A stretch of 64,000 nucleotides of DNA. It comes from Marsupella aquatica. Taxonomy: Eukaryota; Plantae; Marchantiophyta. The DNA lies in the NCBI GenBank assembly GCA_973895155.1, contig OZ316899.1:1883573-1947572 (forward strand). The letters run 5' to 3'. Shown piece after piece: positions 49,485 through 59,763 of the stretch; positions within the stretch are counted from its first letter, which is position 1; each line of letters begins with the position of its first letter. The position numbers and the translations under genes are program-made. The notes under the pieces are model-generated. The model ran no database searches, was not told where the DNA came from, and saw only the letters and a list, made by a program, of their open reading frames with translations.

Positions 49485-50773
49485 TATGTAAGTCGTGGGT
49501 ATTTCCAAAATCATGAAGAAACTGAAAATTTTTAAATTTTTTAGGGGGTTTAACCTCTAATTGTTGATAACAGAACGGAGATAGCATTCTGTCTACAAGT
49601 TACGGTCCCCAAGTTTAAAGTAAGTTTACGAGTAAACTCCAGTTACGAGTTACGAGTTAGTAGTTACGAGTTACGGGGTTGCGACAGTATACTAGTTACG
49701 AGTATACTAGTTACGACTTACTAGTTAGGGCTTTACGAGTTGTGCCTTACGAGTTGGCGACCGATGATCGCGACGTCTTACGGCTACTTCCAACGGGACT
49801 TAGCAACGGGATGGCGAACGCGAATTGAAGAAAAGGCAAATTAGACTTCGGGCGCTCACTCCTAACTTAATTCCTGCCACCTCTGTTGATTCTACCAGCT
49901 TCCCCACTCCTTAGTGCACTCAACATAACGGATGAGAGCTATGGCAAACCTCGGCATTGATGAACAGTACCGAGTTGACACTCTGGCAATTCCTAAGAGC
50001 ATAGTCGCCCGAATTCCACCAGCGCCCGATAGCTATGCAAATTTACGGACTTCCTTACAGCAGCTAGGTTTGCAGCATCTACTTGTCGTTCCTTGGGAAG
50101 TAGAGCTCGACACATATTTGCAGGATTTTGTAAAGGGGTCAGTGCTTGCTCCTGAATTTCGACGGACTATTCGAGCTCGACCCAGCTTATGGACTGTGGA
50201 ACAAATTGCTTATGCCTTCCGCTGCCCTTCAGAAGGAGAAGGATTGTATTCAAAGAAGAAAGATTTATCTACACCTTACTTCTCTGGGACTCGCAATCTC
50301 ACCAATGGCTGGAATTTAACACAATGTATTTATCCAGATTTGAGAGTGCTTCTGGAATTTCTAGTACCCATTTTACACCCGAAGAAGCCAACCATCTGTC
50401 TAGTGGCTTTGGTGAATACAATTGTAGCCGCACACAGTGGATCTGTCCAGGTGAATTGGGCCCTACTAATTTTCAATGTGATGAAGGATCAGGTGAGGAC
50501 CATGAAGGCAGGTAGACCCACTCGTCTGCAGATTTATTTGTCTCAACTCTATCATGCTTATGATTGTTTATATCCAGAGGAGAAAACGGAAAGAGGGCTG
50601 CTCCTGATTGAGTTAGGCATTGAAGAAGACCTAAGTATGGAAGAACCAGTGGATGCTGTTCCCCTGGATTCTCATGATCAGAATGTGGATGCTGAGATGG
50701 AATTAGATAGGACACCTGCTCATAACTTAGAGCTGGTTTGACACCCTCTGCATAACGTGGTGTATTCGCCAAG

Positions 50774-51380
50774 TGTCGTGCGCATACATATCGCTACACA
50801 ACATACATCGCTTGTCACATACATCCAGACATAGTCACACTGCCACATCACAAATACAAGAGAATGGAATACAAGTGGAACTCATGTCCACACATGTCCA
50901 AAACCCACAATAATCTTCATACAATCGGCACAACGATCTCGGTCAACAATACCCCATCGATCCCGCACCGATCCGATCACACACGTATGTCAAGCCAACG
51001 CACCTTGCACTACTCAAGGAATCCACGTTACACAAGCGGAGCTCACAGCCACCATAGCCACACTCAAGCTCCTCTCTCTCCAAGGCTCAACATTGAAAGA
51101 TGACCTTTCAATGCCTCACAAGTGAGAAGTACCCTCTCACACAAACCTGACAGAACCTTATCGGCTCCAATAGCACTCATACCAAACGTACATACTCTAA
51201 TAGCACGATATACTACTACACTACTCAGAATGGTGTGACAGCTGTCGTGCGCATACATATCGCTACACAACATACATCGCTTGTCACATACATCCAGACA
51301 TAGTCACACTGCCACATCACAAATACAAGAGAATGGAATACAAGTGGAACTCATGTCCACACATGTCCAAAACCCACAAT
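50774..51380. repeat. Terminal repeat block X-Y-gc-X: X = 138 bp (50774-50911 and 51243-51380), Y = 329 bp (50912-51240, second copy 60037-60365)
   Basis: The X copies look identical and the Y copies differ at two positions seen. The Y/X junction is the palindrome GACAGCTGTC. A PPT-like AGGGGGGCG (minus strand) lies at 51381-51389. Confidence 0.9.
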
Positions 51381-51553
51381 CGCCCCCCTAGCTGGGAGTA
51401 AGGTCCCCTAACTCTAGCTAGCCATGAGTTCTACAAGGTTGATATACACCTTTTTAGGTGTGAAGATCAGGAGGCCGGGTGCAAGTGAGCCCCATCGATC
51501 ACCTACCTGCAATCCATATCTGCCAAGAGAACACAAATGATAACTAGTCGGCT

Positions 51554-54500
51554 TCACCGACACTGAGGACACAACCATGATCCACTAGGAATCACCTGCA
51601 ATGGTGGTGTCAAACATGACATGTGCCATCCTCTAGAACACTTATCACAAATCAACATAGTAGCTGCTCCCTGAGCAGATCCACACAACATACATTTCAA
51701 GCCAGCACGAACATGTGCCAAGCTTGGATCTACTGTACCATCAATGTTGGGAAGGTGACATGGTGCACAGTTGCGCACATGATCCTTCCAAACCATACCA
51801 TCGCGTCCCTCCAACATCAGGACACCAGAAGGCAACACTTCACGCACACGTAAGATTGTCCGGCCTGCGGTCACATCAAGTGTCGTGGGTGCTGTCTGCT
51901 GCAAATAAACATAATCACCAGGATGAAATCGTCGAATGCTTGCACAGTAACCTCCTCCACGAATAGTGGCATACCTCAAAGTATCACGATGTTGGGCAAT
52001 GGCAAGGTTGTCAAAAGCCATGGGCATCACTCTCTGAAATACCCGTGCTCTCTCTGAACACACCTTGACCCAAACATCAGGATCATCCAAGTTCACAACT
52101 GGTGCAGCATGACGACGAATAGCTGCTGGCAAATCTGGCTCTCTACCATAGAGCAAAAAGTAGGGTGAGAAGGATGCAAGTGATGCTTGCCGACTGAAAC
52201 GGTAGCCCATAGCTAACCAAGGTAGCTGGAGATCCCAATCTCCCAGATGACCAACCTGCAAGCCATACTTACGCAATCCTCTCTTCATAGTTTGCACAAC
52301 TCTCTCAGCTAATCCATCTGCCTCAGGATGATCACGAGAGGTAGTGCGATGATCAATCAGAGCTTGTTCACACAAACTCTCAAACTCTCCACGGAACTCA
52401 GTTCCTTGATCAGTCAACACCTCAGCTGGTGCTCCAAAATGACTGAGTACACGATCCAAAAATGTAGCAGCAACTCCTCCACTGGCTTTATCTAGCAACG
52501 CCACTAGCTCAATCCACTTGGAGAAGTGCTCCACCATGACCAAAACATACCGATTATGACGTTGGGTAAGAGGTAATGGACCAGCAAAATCCAAACTCCA
52601 ACGATATCCCAAACCCATGATCGGTAACGGGTGCAACTGGGAAGTGGGAGCATTAAATGATGCTCTCACTCTGTCACATACCACACACTTAGCTATCAAC
52701 TGCTGGACATGAGTGTGCATACCACGCCACCAATACTGCGTCTGCAACAAGCTGTAAGTGTGCTTCACACCAAAGTGACCCAACTCCTCGTGCGCATGTC
52801 GCACCAAATGTACTCGTTGTGATGGTTTTGGTACCACCAACATCCTACCATCATGCAGTACTCTCAAAAGATGGTTTCCCTCCCATCGAAACCTCTTGGC
52901 TCTCTGTAGAACCCTGTCACGTTCCTTGGCATCAACACTGCCAACAATAGAACTATTGCGCAGATATTCCAACACTCTCACATCATTGTGAATATCTTGT
53001 TGTCCAGAAGTTACCTCACCAACATCCACATCTGAAGACTCATCACCCACTCCATCCAATGAAGTAGAGTCCACAGATCCACTGTATGTTGGCACCCAAC
53101 AAAGAAAGGCAGATGCATGCCATCCTGGCACCATCTCCTTATCTGACTCATCATGCCATCTGGCTCCAGTCTCATCCTGCTGACTGGTACATGGATTGCG
53201 GCTTAATCCATCTGCATCCAAGTTCACTTTTCCAGGCCTATGCACCACCTGGAAATCATACTCCTGTAACAACAATGCCCATCGTGCAAGCTTCCCTGTA
53301 AGCTTATCAGACTCCATTAACCACTTAAGAGGCTGATGATCAGTGATCAAGGTGAAGGGGTTACCAAACAAGTAGCAACGAAAGTGTGCAACAGCCCACA
53401 CTGCTGCCAAACACTCTCCCTCATAAGAGCTATACTTAGCCTCTGCTGAATTGTTTGATCTACTGGCATAAGCCACAACAAACTCATTCCCCTCATCATC
53501 CTTCTGAGTCAGCACTGCTCCAAGTCCTACTCCACTCCAATCAGTGTGTAGCTGAAATGGTCTGCCTGAAATGGGTCTTCTCAAAATAGGGGATGATGCC
53601 AACCTTTGCTTCAACTCCTGAAAGGCATGCTCCTGGTCATCACCCCAAATCCATTCCTGACCCAACTTAGTGAGTATGGTCAAAGGTTTAGCAAGCTGGC
53701 TAAATCCTTTAACATACCTCCTGTAGTAGCTCGCCAATCCCAAGAATGCACGAACTCTACTCACATCAGTAGGACAAGGAATCTGTGTAATGGCCTCCAC
53801 TTTAGTCTGCTGTACACCCAATCCCCCTGGGTATATGGTGTGGCCCAAATACTCAATCTGGTCTTGGAAGAACTTACACTTGCTAGGATGGAGCTTCAAC
53901 CCATGTGCTCTCAATCTCTCCAACACAGTCTGCAAGTGCTGCTGATGTTCTTCCACAGTAGAAGAATAGACCAAAATATCATCAATATAACATCTGACAA
54001 AATCCAAACCTGCAAGGATTCGATCCATGACTCTCTGGAACTCAGCTGGTGCATTCTTCAACCCAAATGGTAAGAATAACCATTGATACAAACGATCTTT
54101 GCCATAAGAATCAATCCCCCAGAATGCTGTCTTGGACCTGTCAGCATGCCTAATTGGAAGCTGATGGTATCCTGCCCTCAGATCCAATGAACTGAAAACC
54201 TTTGCATGCCCCACAGCATCAAAGATCTCCTCAGGTGTGGGCATGGCATATCGATCAGATTTTGTCTGGCGATTAATAGGTCTGTAATCACCACACATGC
54301 GCCTATCTGTGTAATTGCCATGCACATCCTTCTTGGCTGGCATCACTGTGGCAGATGCATACTCCCCATATGAAATCTCCACCAATCCAGCCTCCAACAA
54401 ATCTTGAGTTCTACTTTGAATCAGAGCTCTCTCCATGTCACTATAACGGTATGGCCTACGAAAGATTGGCGCATCACTAGCCAATTCAATCTGAATACCA

Positions 54501-57500
54501 GGGCCCTTCAATGTCCCCAAATCCTTCATGCTGAATGCAAAACAATTCCAATAACTCTTCAGGAATCGATGCATGCGACGTCTCTCCTCCCCTGTTAACT
54601 TAGGGCCAAGCTGTGGTTCCCAATTCTCCACCAAATCCCTAATATCTCTTTGTAGGGTAGAAGAGATAGCCGATGATTGCTATTTAGCAGTAGATTGAGC
54701 AGTCCCTTCCTGCTCAACAATCTGTCCAGCCGCCAATCCTGTCATAGGTCCATGGACTGTCTGCTCGCCCCCAGCTGTGGTCAATACTGTCTTAGTGGAC
54801 CGCAAGCTCACCAAGGGACAATCAGTAATTCCGGCAGAGCGCATCCGCAACTGTTCAGCTACTCCCAAGCTGATAATCCAAGTCAAACAATTCAAATCCA
54901 TTGCTTGACCAAGAACCTGGCGCCGCAAACCCTCTGACACAGAGGCAACTGCAGTGGTGCCAGTAAAAAATCCCATAGCACGCTCTCTCTCATCAGCAGT
55001 AGGCTCCACTAACTGCTGGAGAGCTGTGTCCCATACAAGTCCAGGGCCACCTGCTCTGAATGCATATGAAGTAGAGTGGCTTACAAGAGTGGGTAATGCA
55101 CAACGTGGGCACCCAACTGCATTGACCATTGCCAATGGAGGTCTATCAGGTTGGGTCACACCCTGTGCACGACGCCCTGGATCCAAAATATCATCCACCA
55201 CTAAGGCTGGTGAGCGTGGAATGCTGTCAAATGCGCGCTTCAGCACCTCACATGGGATCAAATTAGTCTACCATAAGCGTGGACGATGTGCACGAGAACC
55301 CACATGTGCAGCATCCAATAACACAGCAGGTCCAATCCAAGACCTCACCTGGTGAACACTGGCAACAATCCGACTACGATCATCACCTAACAATGGCACA
55401 TTCTCCAAAATGTATGCTGGAGACTGTGTCTGATGTAGCTGGAGGTGACGCAGCACCCGTAACATCTCCCAAAACAATGCAGAGCGTGGATCATGAAGTC
55501 CATGCCCAATGCCAGCTCTAGATTGGCCCTGACATGGCCAACCAGCAATCACCAAATCAATGGGGCCAACACGATGTAGATGATCCGCCCCCAACAATGA
55601 AATATCAGCAGGTAGTGCATGCTGATAACCACGAACAGCATCCACTGGCAGCAACTATGGATATCTATCCACCAACATAGCCACATGTCGCAATGAGACC
55701 CTCCGTGTTGTCTCATCTGTCTCCACATACAAATAACGACGCACAGGAATTCCTGCCTGAAGAACAGCAGCCAATCCAGTGCTAATCCCACCAAAAAGAT
55801 CCAACAAACAAATACCCTCCGGTGGATACTGCCAAGCAATAGGAGTGGTATCCAATGGTGAAAGAGTCACAGGTCCATCTGCAAGAGACTGCTCTGCTCC
55901 TGACTGTGGTGTAAAAGCATGACGCCATGCATCATGTACCAATCGTGCTGCTGCCTGTGGCAAGGCTTGTGCAGTGCCCCACACTGGTGGCACAACACTG
56001 CCAACAGGTAATCCTCGCATGATGTGCTCCTCATGAGACTCCTCCAATGGTGGAACATCGGCTGCATGCGCATTACCCTCAATCAAATCATCAGGTCCAG
56101 CAATTACACCACTGAATGCTGCCAAAGACAATGGTGTGGATTTAGGGCCTCCCATAGGTCCACTAAATCTCACTGGCAATTTGCTCAATCGAGCATCTCC
56201 TGACTGCCAATCAGGTCTATATGACACTGATTCCTCCCAAAAATCAAGAATAAATCCCATGGGGTAGAGCACTGTACATCCCACCAACACATCATATGAC
56301 TCTGCCTTAGTCAGAATAGCCCGCGCCTGTATCTGTGAGCTATCTGTGGTATGACCTTCCTGAATCCTCAAATCAAGTGGTCTCCTGGTGATATGCTGTG
56401 TAGGTGTAGGTCCCCCCAATGAAGTCTGAATGGGAAAGGGACAATCCTCCAAATCCTCTGGACGCAATCCCAATCCACGTATGGCAGACTTCCCCAACAT
56501 CAAGGGCTGAGCACCAGTATCCAGTAACACTCTCTCTGGCTGGTATACTGCTCCAGAAGGCCCAAATAATCGGAAGATACCACTCCGATTATCCAATGAC
56601 ACAACACTAGGTTTAAACCTAGTCCTCTCAAATGCAGGGCGTGCTGGTAAATCCACCAACCTCACTGCTGCTGCATGCCATGTCTCACTAGTAGCAGTAG
56701 GTGGCATGGTCTTCACTACATCAACACTGCAAGTTGCTTCTGCATGGGAAGCAACCACTGGAGTGTCCTCACAGAGTGTAGCTGCCAATCTGAACACTTC
56801 TGCAGGACCAACTCCCAAGTTCAGCATGTCTGTCACTGAAAATAATGGGGTGCGTACTATGGCAATAGCCGCCCCCAGCAAGGTACCTGTCATCCCTGCT
56901 GCATCACTACCTAATTTTGCCAACTTACCCACATCAGGGTTTGTCCGAACCGGGTTCATAGAGGCAGTCTGAATTGTCTCTGACAATGTAAAAGACTGAG
57001 GAAGCTTTGTCTGCCGACGTGCATCCCCCCTTTGTGGATCTAACTCCACTACTGCTCCTCGGGGCTCAAGAGCTTTGGCTGCCCCACGTATCAAAGCTGC
57101 TGATGCATCAATATGTGCAGTGCCACACATGAATCCCATGGTGGCAAGGTCTCCATCAGCTCCATAAGATGTGGAAGGACCATGGGATGTGGAAGGTCCA
57201 TAGGATGTAGATGCCCCATCACCAGAATTAGGTCTCACCTGGGAACTAGCCATGGCAGCTAGTTGTTGCTCCAATTGAGCAATCTTAGCATCCTTTGGAT
57301 CTATGGTTACAGCAGGGGCAGCGTCACCTCCCTGTCTCCTTGCATGTGGCATGCCACGACCACGTCCACCACCTCTACCTCCTCCTCCTCTTCCCTGATC
57401 ATGTGTACGGGATCCTCCTCTTCGTAACTCAGGGTGGAGTGAGAAACACCTATCCTTGGTGTGTCCAGGAGCTCCACAGTGATCACACTGTCGCTGATCA

Positions 57501-58669
57501 GGCGCTGATGCTCCCCCTGATCCTCTATGATCTGGACAATATCTCTGTGCATGATCCCCACCACAGGTCCAACATCCTGACTGCTGTCCAGCATAAGAGG
57601 GCACAGGTCTCTGGCTGGTAGACTCTCGTGCAGTAGGCTTCTCCCTCTGGCTCTTCCGTGCAGTAGGCTGTGGTGTGGATGTAGATGCAGCCTTTGGTGC
57701 TTCCTTGGCAAATCCGAAAGTCACCACCTTCTCATTCACCATATTGAGCTCAATGCGCTCAGAAAGGGTGAAAACAACTGCTAATGTGGGATCTGCATCC
57801 CTAAGCAGAGTGACATCTCTCACTCTGCGTCGCAATTCTCTGTCCAGAATTGCATACCAAAACTGGACTGCCTGAGCCTCTGTCACTCCCTTGGTGACAG
57901 TGATCAATCTGCGCATACGTGTGTATGCCTCACGTAGGCTCTCTCCAGTCTTGCGTTGGAACTCCTGAAGACCCTTCAACTTATCAGTTCTCACACCCTG
58001 AAAGTTCTGCTTCAGTACCTCAAAGAATTCCACCACAGGATTAAATGCTGGCGCAACTCCAGTTCCTGTCACAATCACACCGGCAGGAGTAGTGGTGGAT
58101 GCTGCTGGAGTGCTGCTGGTGGATGGTGTGCCACTCTGGCTAGTGCTGCTAGAAGAAGCAGCAGCTGTGGCAATTGGTTGGGCAGCCGCACTAGTGCCAT
58201 AGGTGATGGACACATAATTAGGCGACCAATGCTGCCTCCATGCCTCAATCTCAACCAAATGAGCCTTCCGAAACTCATGGTAGTCATCCATGGGTGGCCC
58301 CTCCAAATGCTGGAATAATCCCTTCCATGCCATGAAAGGGGTAAACAACGTGACATTACGCAATGTCTGCATATCACACCACGTATCAAACTCCTGGATG
58401 AAGTCATCCAGATCAATTGTGCCAACTGCACCAGAGTATCGTCGTGGGCCCTTTGTAGCCCCGTACATCTCGTCCATATCCCACAACAAAGGTGCAACCA
58501 CCTGATGATGAGGAGAACTGGTCACTGAGTCCTCATCAGAATCACTGTCTGAAGCTGCACTGCTGATTGCTACCAATGCCGCTGGCCGAAACTGTGCCCC
58601 ACTCCGAGTGAAACCGGTCCGTCGTCCATCGGGTAATCCAGCAGCACCAGAAGAATCCGTGGTGACCAA
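51554..58669 (-). pseudogene. Gag-PR-DNMT-RT-RNaseH-integrase-PHD polyprotein (2371 codons, three in-frame TAG stops)
   Basis: ORFs 55655-58669, 55268-55654, 54680-55261 and 51554-54634 are all in the same frame. Knuckles CWTCGGDHAQRYC and CDHCGAPGHTKDRC, protease LLDTGAQ, RT YIDDIL, RH HTDWSG/EGECLA/TDHQPL, integrase HAHEELGH..CVVC/SLDFAG/LTDQG/AERVVQ, GPY/F FHPGDYV, and PHD CMLC...CDKCSRGWHMSC...WLCPQC. Confidence 0.93.
54860..55825 (-). other. C5-cytosine DNA methyltransferase domain within the polyprotein
   Basis: Motif I LDLFGGISTG, II YVETD, IV GWPCQGQSRAG (catalytic PC), VI ILENV, VIII AHRPRLW, IX ERERAMGF and X VLGQAMD, in canonical order. Confidence 0.93.
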
Positions 58670-59204
58670 CCCTAACCTAATCTATGTGCTAACCCTAAGG
58701 GCAATCTATCCCTGTCAGCACCACAAGCACTCACCATGGTGTGTTGGGCATCACTCCAACATCACCAAGAGAGAAATACACAACACACTAGAGTGTCCAG
58801 TTGCAAACCCGGATCACTCCTATGGAATCAAGCACCCACACGAAACTAACATGGCGCATAAACAGGAAACATGTGTGAAGAGGATCTAGAAACAAGAATG
58901 GATACCATTCAACTCTCCACACAAAAGCAAATGCAAATCAATATGACAATGTGCATAAGGTTCAAGGAAGAGCCTTCATAATAGGCTTCACAATGGCACT
59001 CCAATATTGTAGATGAGAACCAAGGCAAAATTGGTTCAATCTGTGAGTCTAGATGGACTCATAAGTATCAAAAACCCTCTAACAGCCTCTGATTTGGCCT
59101 AGAATAGGCCTCTAAACAAACCGGGAAGTGTATAAAGCCCCCTGGCGCTTGAATCTAAACAACAAGTTGTCAAAGCTTGTGTGTACACAAGGTGGGATGA
59201 GAAC

Positions 59205-59440
59205 TTGCCAGTTAAGCGCTCGCGGTTGGGAATAGCCCCAGGATGGGTGACCTCCTCGCGCTCGACCTTGTGCCTCCCCTCGCGCTCACGGCCCGGAATA
59301 GCCCCGGGATGGGTGACCTCGACCTCGCGCCTGCCTGCGCTCGTGATGGGTGACTTCGCGCTCGCGGTTGGGAGCACTTTCGGGATGGGTGACCTCACGC
59401 GTTGCCTCGCGCGAGCACTTTCGGGATGGGTGACCTCGTG
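59205..59440. repeat. CG-rich degenerate repeats with core GATGGGTGACYTC (5 copies) in the 5' leader of the DNMT-Gypsy
   Basis: Cores near 59242, 59308, 59344, 59385 and 59425, embedded in CGCGCTCGCG-rich sequence. Confidence 0.8.
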
Positions 59441-59671
59441 CACCTCACACCTGACCCCAAAAATGACTACTTCCTTCACGAAAAGCTCCCGAAAACTGTC
59501 GATTTCCTTCATGAAAAATGCAGCCCTTCCACAGAACTGGCAGCAGCTTGATTCAACACCTTTGACCCTCGTTTCTTTCACTGAAACGATGATACCGTCG
59601 CACGGGGCATTGGCAGCTCCGTTCCTTCAGGAAAAGAGCCGTCGCTTCACCTGTGCCTTGCCAACATCGTC

Positions 59672-59763
59672 CAACAATAGCCGGCAATCAGATCTGAAGC
59701 CCCACAGTAGCCGACAATCAGATCTGAAGCCTCACAGTAGCCGGCAATCGGATCTGAAGTCTC
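59672..59763. repeat. 30-bp tandem repeat, three copies
   Basis: CACAGTAGCCGRCAATCRGATCTGAAGYCY repeated three times. Confidence 0.9.

Noticed and set aside
54680-55657. Programmed stop-codon readthrough controlling DNMT expression
   Set aside because: There are three separate TAGs, two inside the DNMT domain and one replacing a conserved W after motif VIII. Random C>T decay is a simpler explanation.
59205-59763. CRISPR-like array from repeated cores with variable spacing
   Set aside because: The cores are short and irregularly spaced, the spacers are mutually similar, there are no cas genes, and the context is a retrotransposon leader.
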